From an uncultured Bacilli bacterium (GTDB lineage: Bacteria; Bacillota_I; Bacilli_A; RF39; UBA660), in contig CALVXR010000094.1 in the NCBI GenBank assembly GCA_944371445.1, positions 1-54,262 of the forward strand: DNA of 54,262 nt. The letters run 5' to 3'. Shown here one piece after another: positions 27,658 to 37,601 of the stretch; the first letter of the stretch is position 1, and every line of letters begins with the position of its first letter. Under the pieces are notes generated by a model. That model was not told the origin of the DNA, searched no databases, and saw only the letters and a program-made list of their open reading frames with translations. The position numbers were made by a program, and so were the translations under genes.

Positions 27658-28480
27658 AATTATTAGCAATATCAATAAATATATCTATAGATAGATTCTC
27701 TGCTCTAACAGATAAATCATAGCCATATTTTTTTAATATTTCTTCTATTTTATCTAAATTATAACCTTTTAAATTATTTCTAATTGTTTTTCTTTTTTGA
27801 ACAAAACTATCTCTTACTAATTTAAAAAATAATTCTTCATTTTTTACAGATTTATTTACATTTTTTTTAGTAAATTCTACTACTATACTATCTACATTAG
27901 GTTTTGGTATAAAAACATTTTTACTTATATCAAGTATTTTTTTAACTGAAAAGTAATAATTTAGAAAGATAGATAAAGAACCATAATCTTTACATCCAGG
28001 TTCTGCTTTAAATCTATCTCCTACTTCTTTTTGAACCATAACTACTATTTTTTCTACATTAAGTTTATCTTCTATTATCTTAAGTATTATAGGAGTAGTT
28101 ATATAATATGGTAAATTAGCTACTACATATATTTTTTTATAATTATACTTACTTAATTCTTCTTTTACATTTGCTTTTAAAAAGTCTTCATAAATGATTT
28201 TATAATTATCAAATTCTTTTAAATTATCATTAAGTATTTCTTTTAAAGAAGTATCTATTTCATAACATAAAACAAATCCAGCTTTGGGTGCTAACTTAGA
28301 TGTTAAAGAACCAGCACCAGGCCCTATCTCAAGTACTAAAGTATCTTTATCTACATTTGCTTTATATACTATAGATGTAACTATATTTTCATCTATAATA
28401 AAATTTTGACCGAATTTTTTCTTAAAATAAAATTCATTTTCTTCTAAATTTTCTTTCATACTTTTTGGTGAATACTTCAT
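27653..28480 (-). CDS. rsmA: 16S rRNA (adenine1518/1519-N6)-dimethyltransferase RsmA/KsgA
   Basis: 275 aa. Contains KKKFGQNFI, EIGPGAGSLT and NLPYYITTPI. Confidence 0.95.
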   Translation of the reverse strand: MKYSPKSMKENLEENEFYFKKKFGQNFIIDENIVTSIVYKANVDKDTLVLEIGPGAGSLTSKLAPKAGFVLCYEIDTSLKEILNDNLKEFDNYKIIYEDFLKANVKEELSKYNYKKIYVVANLPYYITTPIILKIIEDKLNVEKIVVMVQKEVGDRFKAEPGCKDYGSLSIFLNYYFSVKKILDISKNVFIPKPNVDSIVVEFTKKNVNKSVKNEELFFKLVRDSFVQKRKTIRNNLKGYNLDKIEEILKKYGYDLSVRAENLSIDIFIDIANNL

Positions 28481-29400
28481 TGTTTTTGCCTCACTTTATT
28501 TGCCATTTCTTCTATTTTTTTAAATCTATGATGTAGTCCAGATTTTGTTATTTTGTTTCCTGTTTCTTTAGTAATTATTTCACTTAATTCAAGTAGAGAT
28601 ACTTCTTGATATTTCATCCTATAAATAGCTACTTCTTTTACTTTTTCATCTAATAAATCTAAAAGACCATTTTCATCTAAAAATTCTATATCCATAAGCT
28701 GTTTATTAGCAGTTCCTATTATTTTATCTACATTTGCTTGTTCACAGTTATTAAGTCTATTAGCTTTATTTTTATTGTCTCTATATATTCTTATATCTTC
28801 GTAATAAAACATAGCTTTAGTAGCTTTAATAAGTTTTAAAAAATCACTTATTTTTTCACTTTCTTTTATATAAATCATATATTTATTTTCTCTTTTAAGT
28901 ACCTTACTGTTTAGATTATATTTATTAAGTAGTTTAGATATGAAATTAGCATATTCTAAATTTGATGTAACAAATTCTAAATGATATCTAGAAGTTTTAG
29001 GATCATTTATACTACCAATACTTAAAAATAAACCACATAAATAAGATTTTATAAGTTCATCATCATCTATGATAAAGTTCGGAGGAATTAATAATTCTTT
29101 CCCATTTTCTATAATACCTAGATCTTCTAAAATAATATTTTTTTTATTACTTATTTCTATCATATAAATATAACTTTTTTTAAAATTATATCCTTTTCTT
29201 ACAGCTACTTTAATAGGTATATCATATAATTTTTTTATTAATTTATATATGTATTTAGCAACACTAGCATTCTCTGTACTTATTTTTATTTTATCTTCAA
29301 TTACATTATTTCTAATAATAGCTGATAAAAAAGAAATCTCTTCTAATTTAAGTCTTGATATAGATATTATTTCGTTTTTAACATTTGAAGTAAAAGACAT
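28477..29400 (-). CDS. whiA: DNA-binding protein WhiA
   Basis: 307 aa. Starts MSFTSNVKNE with LAGLIDADG-like halves and a C-terminal HTH (SGLHHRFKKI). It follows yvcK, as in Bacillus. Confidence 0.92.
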   Translation of the reverse strand: MSFTSNVKNEIISISRLKLEEISFLSAIIRNNVIEDKIKISTENASVAKYIYKLIKKLYDIPIKVAVRKGYNFKKSYIYMIEISNKKNIILEDLGIIENGKELLIPPNFIIDDDELIKSYLCGLFLSIGSINDPKTSRYHLEFVTSNLEYANFISKLLNKYNLNSKVLKRENKYMIYIKESEKISDFLKLIKATKAMFYYEDIRIYRDNKNKANRLNNCEQANVDKIIGTANKQLMDIEFLDENGLLDLLDEKVKEVAIYRMKYQEVSLLELSEIITKETGNKITKSGLHHRFKKIEEMANKVRQKQ

Positions 29401-29401
29401 A

Positions 29402-30352
29402 TTAATCCTCTATTATATATGAAAATATATCTGAACTAAGTTTTATTACATTATGTCTTATAACATTATCTTCTATTACTGCATATTTATTAGTAATTAC
29501 TTTAGATACAATATTTTTAAGTTCTTTTAAATCTACATCAACTATATCTTTTTGCTCCAATGTTTCATATTTTTTTACTAGTTTTTTATTTATTTTACCA
29601 GTATTTACTATAATACAATCTATTTTTTTCTTTCCTAAATATTTATTTAATGTATTTATATGATCACTTGCTTTATAATTATCAGTCTCTCCTGGCTGAG
29701 TCATCATATTACATACATACATAAGTTTTGCTTTACTTTTATCTATTGTATTTATTACATCTTTGCTTATTAAATTAGGAATAATGCTTGTAAATAAACT
29801 TCCCATACTAAATATAATTAAATCAGCTTCTTTTAAAGATTTTATAACTGATTTAGGTATTTCTGGTTCATCTTTATAGAAAACTTTTCTTATATTAGAT
29901 TCATAATTTGTTATATTATGTTCTCCTTCTATAATTTTTCCATCTTCCATTTCACCCATTAAAATAACATTATCCTCAGTAAGAGGAAGTACTTTTCCTT
30001 TTAAATTTAAAACTTTTCCAAGTGATTCTATTCCATCAGACATATTACCTGTGATATTAGATAGTGCTGTTAGTAAAAGATTTCCTACTGTGTGGCCATC
30101 TAAATCACTAGTTGTATTAAATCTATAATTAAATAGTTCTTCTACAAGTGGTTCTGTTTCAGAAAGAGATACTAAAACTCTTCTTATATCACCTACTGCT
30201 GGTGTATTAAATTCTTCTCTAAGTCTTCCTGTGCTTTTTCCATCATCACAAACTGATACAACTGCAGTTATATCAAGTGGAAATTCTTTAAGACCTTTTA
30301 AAAGTGTGGACATTCCTGTTCCACCACCTAAAATTACAACTTTCTTTTTCAT
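29402..30352 (-). CDS. yvcK: YvcK-family gluconeogenesis/cell-shape factor (UPF0052, CofD-like)
   Basis: 316 aa. Contains VVILGGGTGMST and PAVGDIR. Synteny is trxB...yvcK-whiA. Confidence 0.9.
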   Translation of the reverse strand: MKKKVVILGGGTGMSTLLKGLKEFPLDITAVVSVCDDGKSTGRLREEFNTPAVGDIRRVLVSLSETEPLVEELFNYRFNTTSDLDGHTVGNLLLTALSNITGNMSDGIESLGKVLNLKGKVLPLTEDNVILMGEMEDGKIIEGEHNITNYESNIRKVFYKDEPEIPKSVIKSLKEADLIIFSMGSLFTSIIPNLISKDVINTIDKSKAKLMYVCNMMTQPGETDNYKASDHINTLNKYLGKKKIDCIIVNTGKINKKLVKKYETLEQKDIVDVDLKELKNIVSKVITNKYAVIEDNVIRHNVIKLSSDIFSYIIED

Positions 30353-30361
30353 ATATTCCCC

Positions 30362-31261
30362 CTATAAAACTAAGTATTTTTTTATACTATTTGCAGCTAT
30401 TGCTGCTTCCCCTGCTGCGGTTGTAAGTTGATAAAGATTTTTTTTGATACTATCACCCGCTGCATAAATACCATTTATATTAGTTTTCATATTATTATCT
30501 ACTACTATATATCCATTATCTACACTTAAATTCAAGTTTTTTAAATATGAGACATTAGGTTCATATCCAATAAAGACAAATATACCATCTACTTTTAAAG
30601 AACCATTATTAAGTATTACTTCATTTACTTTGCCATTTTCTTCTTTTATTTCTTCTATAGTAGTATTATATTTTATTTCAGCATTTTCTATGTTTTCTAA
30701 TTTTTCTTTTAATACATTTTCACTTCTTAGATTTTCGCCTCTATATAAAAGAGTTACTTTATGAGCTATATTTGTTAAATAAATAGCTTCAGTTACAGCA
30801 GATGAACCTCCACCTACTACAACAACATCTTTATCTTTGTAAAATGCACCATCACAAGTAGCACAATAACTTATTCCTCTTCCAATTAATTTATCTTCAT
30901 TACTTATATTTAATTTTCTAGGTATTCTACCAGTTGCTAATAATATAGTTTTAGCTTTATATTTATCTTTCTTTGTAATTATTACCTTGTCTTCTCCATC
31001 TTGTATATCAATTACTTCATCAAAAATAAAAGGAACTTTAAGTTTTTCTACTTGATTATATATATTCATAGCAAGACTAGACCCATCTACTTTATCAAAA
31101 CCAGGATAATTTTCAATCGCTGGTGTTTTTACCATTTGACCTCCTGGCATCTCTTTTTCAATAATAGCAACGTTTATATTTTCTCTTTTTAAATAAATTG
31201 CAGCTGTCATACCTGCAATTCCAGCACCTATTATAATAGTATCAAACTCTGTCACTTTCAT
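30362..31261 (-). CDS. trxB: Thioredoxin-disulfide reductase
   Basis: Contains IIIGAGIAG, the redox motif CATCDG and GGGSSA. The ATG at 31261 lies 5 nt after GGAGG, whereas the longest ORF starts at 31291. Confidence 0.94.
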   Translation of the reverse strand: MKVTEFDTIIIGAGIAGMTAAIYLKRENINVAIIEKEMPGGQMVKTPAIENYPGFDKVDGSSLAMNIYNQVEKLKVPFIFDEVIDIQDGEDKVIITKKDKYKAKTILLATGRIPRKLNISNEDKLIGRGISYCATCDGAFYKDKDVVVVGGGSSAVTEAIYLTNIAHKVTLLYRGENLRSENVLKEKLENIENAEIKYNTTIEEIKEENGKVNEVILNNGSLKVDGIFVFIGYEPNVSYLKNLNLSVDNGYIVVDNNMKTNINGIYAAGDSIKKNLYQLTTAAGEAAIAANSIKKYLVL

Positions 31262-32063
31262 TCGCCTCCGGTTTCCTATATAAATTTTCAAATGGAGAAC
31301 CTTTTTTACTAAACATAAATAATACTATTCCAGCAATAATCATAATTATTGATACAAGCTGAGCTACTTTTATATCACCAAACATTAAACTATCTTGTCT
31401 TAAACCTTCTATATAACATCTACCAATTCCATACCATATTAAATAAATACTTGTAAGCATACCTACTTTTAATCTTTTTATTTGTCTAACAATAAGTAAA
31501 ATAATAAATCCTATTAAATTCCATACAGATTCATAAAAAAATGTTGGTATATAATATGTTCCACCTATATTCATTCCTTTTATAACAAAATCTGGTATAG
31601 GAAGACTTTGCAAATGAGCAAGAGTTGTTGCTGGTCCATACGCTTCCCCATTCATAAAGTTTCCCCATCTACCAATTACCTGACCAATAATTACTGAAAC
31701 TACTGCAATATCTAATAGTCTTAAAAATCTAACTTTATATTTTTTTGTATAAAAATATGTAAAAATAATTCCTGCTATTAAACCACCGTGTATAGCAAGA
31801 CCACCTTCCCATACTTTTAATATATCTATTAAACTATCTTTATAATAATTAAAGTTAAATATAACAAAATATAATCTTGCACCTATTATAACTATTGGTA
31901 CTAAATAGAAAAAATAATTTGTCATAAAATTTTCACTAATATTATTTTTTTTGGCTTCTTTTAAAGCCATTACACCTCCTACTAAGAATGCAATTAGTAA
32001 TATTACTGAATACCAGTATATTTTAACTATACCAAAATCTAAAAATATATTATTCATAACCAT
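31242..32063 (-). CDS. lgt: Prolipoprotein diacylglyceryl transferase
   Basis: 273 aa. Polytopic, with W.GGLAIHGG and GRWGNF.NGE motifs. Confidence 0.93.
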   Translation of the reverse strand: MVMNNIFLDFGIVKIYWYSVILLIAFLVGGVMALKEAKKNNISENFMTNYFFYLVPIVIIGARLYFVIFNFNYYKDSLIDILKVWEGGLAIHGGLIAGIIFTYFYTKKYKVRFLRLLDIAVVSVIIGQVIGRWGNFMNGEAYGPATTLAHLQSLPIPDFVIKGMNIGGTYYIPTFFYESVWNLIGFIILLIVRQIKRLKVGMLTSIYLIWYGIGRCYIEGLRQDSLMFGDIKVAQLVSIIMIIAGIVLFMFSKKGSPFENLYRKPEANESDRV

Positions 32064-32463
32064 TCTCCTTTTTAATTATTGGTTTAATTACTATATTATC
32101 TATTATATGTCTCATTATTGATATTAATATAGCTACTATAAAACTCATAAAAATTCCTCTAATTATAAAGTGTTTTCCTAATATAAAGTGTACTATATGA
32201 AGAATAAATACATTTATAAAAGGATAAAATAGTCCTAAAGTTAAAGCTGTTATTGGAATAGTAAGCCATACTATAACAGGTTTTATTGTTTTATTTAGAA
32301 TATGTATTATAAAGGATGCAATAAATCCATATAATCCATAGTTAGAGTTATCTATATAAATTGTTTTAGGAAATATTATTGATACTGCTATTAAAATAAG
32401 TCCATAACAAAATATTGAGATAAATAATTCAAATAAAAATCTTATTATTTTATTAACTTTCAT
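32050..32463 (-). CDS. Phage-holin-family-4 (YvlD-like) membrane protein
   Basis: 137 aa with 4 TM helices and the motif LTIPITALTLGLF..FINV. Its position near uvrB/lgt matches the Bacillus yvl region. Confidence 0.65.
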   Translation of the reverse strand: MKVNKIIRFLFELFISIFCYGLILIAVSIIFPKTIYIDNSNYGLYGFIASFIIHILNKTIKPVIVWLTIPITALTLGLFYPFINVFILHIVHFILGKHFIIRGIFMSFIVAILISIMRHIIDNIVIKPIIKKENGYE

Positions 32464-32509
32464 TAAACCACCTTACATAATTATATCATATATAATTTAT
32501 ATTTAATAA

Positions 32510-34456
32510 TTAATTTACTTTCATTTCAAATAAGATATCTCTAAGTTCCATAGCTCTTTCAAAATCTAAATTTTTAGCTGCTTCTTTCATTTCATTTTCT
32601 ATTGTTTCCATTATTTTTTGTTTATCTTTTTTACTCATTTTCTCTTCTTTTACTTCTTTTACTTCGCTATTATTTGTAATAAGTTCTCTTATTTCTTTTT
32701 GAATTGTTTTAGGTACAATATTATGTTTTTTATTATACTCTTCTTGTATTTTTCTTCTTCTTTCTGTTTCTTTAATAGCTAAAGCCATTGAATCACTTAT
32801 TATATCTGCATACATAATAACATGACCTTTACTATTACGCGCTGCTCTTCCTATTGTTTGAATTAAACTTCTTTCACTTCTTAAGAATCCTTGTTTATCA
32901 GCATCCATAATAGCTATTAAACTAACTTCTGGAATATCAATTCCTTCTCTAAGTAAGTTTATTCCAACTACTACATCATATTTACCAAGTCTTAAATCTC
33001 TTATAATTCTAAGTCTTTCAAAAGTTTTTACTTCATTATGAAGATAAGCTACTTTAATATCTAATTTTTTTAGATAATCTGTAAGTTCTTCTGCCATACG
33101 TATAGTAAGAGTTGTAATTAAAACTCTTTCATTATTATTTTTTCTTATATGAATTTGTTCTACTAAATCATCTATTTGTCCTTTAGTTGGTTTTACTTCT
33201 ATAGTAGGATCTAAGAGTCCAGTTGGTCTTATTATCTGTTCTACTATTTTATTTGTTTTAGATTTTTCATAATCTCCTGGTGTTGCTGATACATAAATAA
33301 CATTATCAGTTTTCTTTTCAAATTCTTCAAATTTTAAAGGTCTATTATCTTTAGCACTTGGAAGTCTAAACCCATAATCAACTAATACACTCTTTCTTGC
33401 TTGATCACCATTGTACATAGCTTTAACCTGGGGTATTGTTACATGGGATTCATCTATTACAAGTAAATAATCATCTCCAAAGAAATCCATTAATGTAGTA
33501 GGTGTTTCTCCTGATTGTTTAAGTGCTAAATGTCTAGAATAATTTTCTACACCTCTACAAAATCCTGTTTCTGATAGCATTTCTATATCATAATTTGTTC
33601 TTTCCATTAGTCTTTGGTATTCAAGTAATTTATTATTTTCTTTAAAATATTTTAATCTTTCATCTAGTTCTTCTTTTATATTGTTAACTGCTATTTTTAA
33701 TTTTTCTTCACTTGTTACAAAGTGACTGGCAGGAAATATTGTTGTAGCTTTTTTTGCTGATATTACTGTTCCTGTAAGTAAATCAAATTCATAAATTTTA
33801 TCTATTTCATCTCCAAAAAAATCTACTCTTATTCCTTTTCCATGCCATCCAATTGGAACTATTTCTAATATATCTCCTCTTACTCTAAACGTACCTCTTT
33901 TTAAATCTAAATTATTTCTTTCATAGTACATATCAACTAGTTTAGTAAGTATTTCATCTCTATCTACTTCTTCACCTTCTTTTAAAGTAATTGTTTTTTT
34001 TCTGTATTCTTCTATTTCTCCTATACCATATATACAAGAAACAGAAGCTACTACTATAACATCTTTAGAAGATAAAAGAGATGCTGTTGCGGAATGTCTA
34101 AGTTCATCTATTTCATCATTTATTGAAGCATCTTTTTCAATATAAGTATCTGTTTTAGCTACGTATGCTTCTGGCTGATAATAATCATAATAAGATACAA
34201 AATATTCAACATGATTATGGGGAAATAGTTCTTTAAGTTCTCCATATAATTGTCCTGCAAGTGTTTTATTATGTGCGAGTACTAAGGTAGGTTTATTTAC
34301 TTCTTTTATAACATTAGCTATTGTAAAAGTTTTTCCAGTACCTGTGGCTCCTAATAATATTTGTTTTTTTTCACCATTATTTATTCCATTTACAAGTGAA
34401 TTTATTGCTTCTGGTTGATCTCCACTTGGTTTAAATTTAGATACTAATTCAAACAC
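32510..34456 (-). CDS. uvrB: Excinuclease ABC subunit B
   Basis: 648 aa. Contains [12 protein letters not shown] and a C-terminal UVR domain ([12 protein letters not shown]). GTG start after AGGAGGGA. Confidence 0.97.
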   Translation of the reverse strand: MFELVSKFKPSGDQPEAINSLVNGINNGEKKQILLGATGTGKTFTIANVIKEVNKPTLVLAHNKTLAGQLYGELKELFPHNHVEYFVSYYDYYQPEAYVAKTDTYIEKDASINDEIDELRHSATASLLSSKDVIVVASVSCIYGIGEIEEYRKKTITLKEGEEVDRDEILTKLVDMYYERNNLDLKRGTFRVRGDILEIVPIGWHGKGIRVDFFGDEIDKIYEFDLLTGTVISAKKATTIFPASHFVTSEEKLKIAVNNIKEELDERLKYFKENNKLLEYQRLMERTNYDIEMLSETGFCRGVENYSRHLALKQSGETPTTLMDFFGDDYLLVIDESHVTIPQVKAMYNGDQARKSVLVDYGFRLPSAKDNRPLKFEEFEKKTDNVIYVSATPGDYEKSKTNKIVEQIIRPTGLLDPTIEVKPTKGQIDDLVEQIHIRKNNNERVLITTLTIRMAEELTDYLKKLDIKVAYLHNEVKTFERLRIIRDLRLGKYDVVVGINLLREGIDIPEVSLIAIMDADKQGFLRSERSLIQTIGRAARNSKGHVIMYADIISDSMALAIKETERRRKIQEEYNKKHNIVPKTIQKEIRELITNNSEVKEVKEEKMSKKDKQKIMETIENEMKEAAKNLDFERAMELRDILFEMKVN

Positions 34457-34683
34457 AATAATCCCTCCTAAATTTAATCATTTTCTTAAAACATAAACTA
34501 GCCTTTTTAGAAATATTATTTAATTTTTTTTAAACTCTTAATGAAAAAATACCAACAAATCTTTTCTAATTTATTATTCAATATATTAATGTTATAAAAT
34601 ATTATACAAATTATTACTTTTATATAATTACTTTTCTATATAATATTTATACTATACACTTTTTTATAATATAATGAAATTAT

Positions 34684-35247
34684 TTATAAACTATTTTTTA
34701 AAAATTTTAATACTTCCATAGTTATAGGACTAATATATTTATTTTCCTTGTTTAATTTTTTTATTTTATTTTCTATACATATAATCATAGATTTTTTTAT
34801 ATTAATATAAGCCATTTTTCTCTCTTCTTCTATTCCTTCATAATTTTTTCCGGGTTCTATTTTATCAGCTACAAATACAATGATATCTAGCAAATTCATA
34901 TTGACATCACCAAACGTATGATACTTTATTGCATTACATATTTCATTAGATAGATTATAATTTTTTTTAGCTATTATACTTCCTATATCAGCATGTAAAT
35001 TTTTTTTATTTTCTACTTTTAACAAATCCTTTGATAAATTATATTTATCTATTATCTGTCTATTTTTTTCATCTGAATATTCTTTTGCAATATCGTGAAC
35101 AAGTCCAGCTAAATAAGCTTTTTGTTCATCTATATTATAATGTTTAGCTAACTTTTGTGATTCTTCAGCTACCCTTAATGAATGATTATATCTATATTCA
35201 GATAGTGTATTTTTTAAATCATTTTTTATTCTTTCCAATAATTCCAT
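34684..35247 (-). CDS. yqeK: HD-domain bis(5'-nucleosyl)-tetraphosphatase YqeK
   Basis: 187 aa. Contains RYNHSLRVAE, GLVHDIAKE, IKYHT and VADKIEP, collinear with B. subtilis YqeK. Confidence 0.83.
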   Translation of the reverse strand: MELLERIKNDLKNTLSEYRYNHSLRVAEESQKLAKHYNIDEQKAYLAGLVHDIAKEYSDEKNRQIIDKYNLSKDLLKVENKKNLHADIGSIIAKKNYNLSNEICNAIKYHTFGDVNMNLLDIIVFVADKIEPGKNYEGIEEERKMAYINIKKSMIICIENKIKKLNKENKYISPITMEVLKFLKNSL

Positions 35248-35303
35248 AAAATCTCCTTTAAAAAAACTTCATATTATGATTATATCACATATGAAGTTAA
35301 TAA

Positions 35304-37415
35304 CTATTTATATAATGTAATTTTTATTTCATATCTATCATTTAAATCCATCTCATCAGAATCTAATCTATGTCCCATTCTCTCTAATCTATCAGTTATA
35401 TTTCTAATCATTTGTATTGCTTCTCTCATATTAAATGAAAGAGGCGCTGAAATGTTAATTTCTGGTTCTTTTTCTTTAGGAAGAGGTACTGTATTTATTG
35501 TTTCTAATACAGGTTCTTCTTTTGTATCAAAATTATTTTCTATTATATTAGAAACTGGTGGAATAGTAATACTTGGTGTTGATTCTACTATTGGTTCATT
35601 TATTGTTTCTGAATTTATATTTGATTCAATATCAGGTACCATATTTGTTTCTTCTTTTATACCAATATTATTTTCTTCAATAATTGGTGCTGATGGGATA
35701 GTACTTGGTATTGGTTCTGCTATTGGTTCGATTACTGATTCAGTATTTACTTTATTTGATTCAATATTAGGTATCATATTTGTTTCTTCACTTATACCAA
35801 AATTATTTTCTTCAACAATTGGTGCTGATGGGATAGTACTTGGTATTGGTTCTGCTATTGGTTCAATTACTGATTCAGTATTTACTTTATTTGATTCAAT
35901 ATTAGGTACCATATTTGTTTCTTCTTTTATACCAATATTATTTTCTTCAATAATTGGTGCTGATGGAATAATATTTGGTGTTGGTTCTGTTATTGGTTCA
36001 ATTACAGACCCTACACTTGTATCATTTTTAACATTACTATTATTATTTTCATTTATTCCAACATATTGATTTTCTTGTATATTACTTGTATTAGGTATAT
36101 TTTCAATATTTTGTGGATAAACATCTTTTACTTTAACTGGTTCAATAACAGGATTATTAAATACATTTGAACTAAAATCTACGTTATTTATAGATTCATT
36201 ATTAGCTTGTACATTATTTATAATAGGTGTTCCCAATATTTTAGAATCATCATTAAAAATAGATCCACCTATTATTCTTCCACCATTACTTTCAGATGCA
36301 TTATCATTTTCTTCCATTCTATTTTGCATACTAGGCATTACATCAAAAAATCTTCCTTTTGGCATCATATTATTAGAATTATTTTCTGATATATTTCCTG
36401 TACTTTGCATTAAATCTATATTATTTTTTTGATTATTAAAAGATATATCAGTAGCTTCTCTTTCAATTTTATCTATATCCATAAATCCTGGATTAATAAC
36501 ATTATTATGAGTAATATTTGTATTTGGTTCTATTACATTGTTTTCAAATTCTTTATTAGCTACTTTTTCATTTGAATTATTAAAAGAGCCAATACTTTCC
36601 ATATTATTATTTTGATTACTTACTGGACTTATATCATTAATGTTACTAGAACTATTTTCAATAGTTACACTAGGAATATTAAAACTATTCATTGGATCAT
36701 TTGGATTCATTGCATTTTCCTCCTTTTTATCTTCTATTTTAAAAGAATTAATTATATCTAATATTTCTACTTCTTCTGGAGTAGGTATAAAACTTTTAAC
36801 CTTTTCTTCATCATTATTTTCTAATATTTTTTTTATTTCTTCATCAGTTTTTCTTACTGTTAATCTTTCATTTATTATTCTGTGAAGCATTTCTTCTTGC
36901 TTTACTTTATTTTTTAATTTAAGTAAAGAACGTGCATGTCTTTCAGATATTTTATTTTCCATTAAAGCATCTTGAACTTTTTCTGATAATTGTAAAAGTC
37001 TTAATTTATTAGCAATAGCTGGCTGACTAATACCTAATTTATCAGCAAGTTTTTCTTGCGTAATAGTCCCCATATCTAATATTTTTTTGTATGAAATAGC
37101 TTCTTCTATTGCAGTTAAATCTTCTCTTTGAACATTTTCAATAAGAGCTACTTCAGAACTTATTTCATCAGAAAAATTTTGAACTATAGCTGGTATTGAA
37201 GAAAGTCCTGCAAGTTGTGATGCTTTATATCTTCTTTCACCTGCTATTATTTCATATTTATTTCCTACTTGTCTTACTGTTATAGGTTGTATTACTCCGT
37301 ATTTTTTTATAGACTCTGAAAGTTCATTTAATTTATCTTCATTAAATGCTATACGAGGTTGAAACCTATTAGGTAAAATATCATTAATATTTATTTGAAT
37401 TATTTTAGGCTCCAT
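35304..37415 (-). CDS. noc: Noc-like ParB-family protein with a ~450-aa low-complexity insertion
   Basis: 703 aa. The first ~200 aa contain ILPNRFQPR, IIAGERRYKA, LIENVQRE, IANKLRLLQL...ISERHARSLL and LTVRKTDEEIKKIL. The last ~40 aa read MREAIQMIRN...YEIKITLYK. Both ends align with my memory of B. subtilis Noc rather than Spo0J. Confidence 0.8.
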   Translation of the reverse strand: MEPKIIQININDILPNRFQPRIAFNEDKLNELSESIKKYGVIQPITVRQVGNKYEIIAGERRYKASQLAGLSSIPAIVQNFSDEISSEVALIENVQREDLTAIEEAISYKKILDMGTITQEKLADKLGISQPAIANKLRLLQLSEKVQDALMENKISERHARSLLKLKNKVKQEEMLHRIINERLTVRKTDEEIKKILENNDEEKVKSFIPTPEEVEILDIINSFKIEDKKEENAMNPNDPMNSFNIPSVTIENSSSNINDISPVSNQNNNMESIGSFNNSNEKVANKEFENNVIEPNTNITHNNVINPGFMDIDKIEREATDISFNNQKNNIDLMQSTGNISENNSNNMMPKGRFFDVMPSMQNRMEENDNASESNGGRIIGGSIFNDDSKILGTPIINNVQANNESINNVDFSSNVFNNPVIEPVKVKDVYPQNIENIPNTSNIQENQYVGINENNNSNVKNDTSVGSVIEPITEPTPNIIPSAPIIEENNIGIKEETNMVPNIESNKVNTESVIEPIAEPIPSTIPSAPIVEENNFGISEETNMIPNIESNKVNTESVIEPIAEPIPSTIPSAPIIEENNIGIKEETNMVPDIESNINSETINEPIVESTPSITIPPVSNIIENNFDTKEEPVLETINTVPLPKEKEPEINISAPLSFNMREAIQMIRNITDRLERMGHRLDSDEMDLNDRYEIKITLYK
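35576..36010. repeat. About 3.2 tandem copies of a 135-bp (45-aa) in-frame repeat inside the noc-like gene
   Basis: Unit starts at 35621, 35756 and 35891 (TTGATTCAATAT...). Copies differ at only a few positions. The encoded unit is SVIEPIAEPIPSTIPSAPI.EENN.GI.EETNM.PNIESNKVNTE. Confidence 0.9.
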
Positions 37416-37460
37416 ACACGTGCCTCCCTACTTTATTCTTTTATAAATACATAATACTAT

Positions 37461-37499
37461 ATTTTGGGAAATAATTCAATAAAATTTTGGGAAATAATT
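37461..37499. promoter_or_regulatory. Two perfect 16-bp direct repeats (ATTTTGGGAAATAATT) upstream of the noc-like gene
   Basis: Copies at 37461-37476 and 37484-37499 (23-bp period). Each contains GGGAAATA, the right half of the 16-bp Noc-binding-site palindrome TATTTCCCGGGAAATA. Confidence 0.4.
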
Positions 37500-37601
37500 T
37501 TAATAATTTATAATTTTTGATTTTATTTAATTTTTATTTGGTAATTTTTACCATTTGTTTTTTATTTATAATTAGTGTATGTTAAAAATGAGGTGGTAAA
37601 A

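Noticed and set aside
34457-34683. I looked for a LexA/Cheo box (GAAC-N4-GTTC) in the uvrB upstream region.
   Set aside because: No GAAC/GTTC pair is present in this 227-nt AT-rich spacer, so no SOS operator can be supported.
35576-36010. Considered whether the 135-bp repeats here, or the 19-bp repeats at 45606-45650, could be a CRISPR array.
   Set aside because: The repeats are directly tandem with no unique spacers. The first set is in frame within a gene, and no cas genes are present in the window.
35452-36069. 205-aa + strand ORF with striking internal repeats (GADGIVLGIGSAIGSITDSVFTLFDSILG...).
   Set aside because: It is the antisense reading of the 135-bp tandem repeats inside the noc-like gene. 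The repeats explain its periodicity, and the sense-strand gene has conserved ParB/Noc ends in frame across the array.
37417-37422. CACGTG palindrome (the parS core) adjacent to the noc-like start codon.
   Set aside because: The flanks do not match parS arms. The hexamer overlaps the RBS and start region, and a 6-bp palindrome alone is not evidence.
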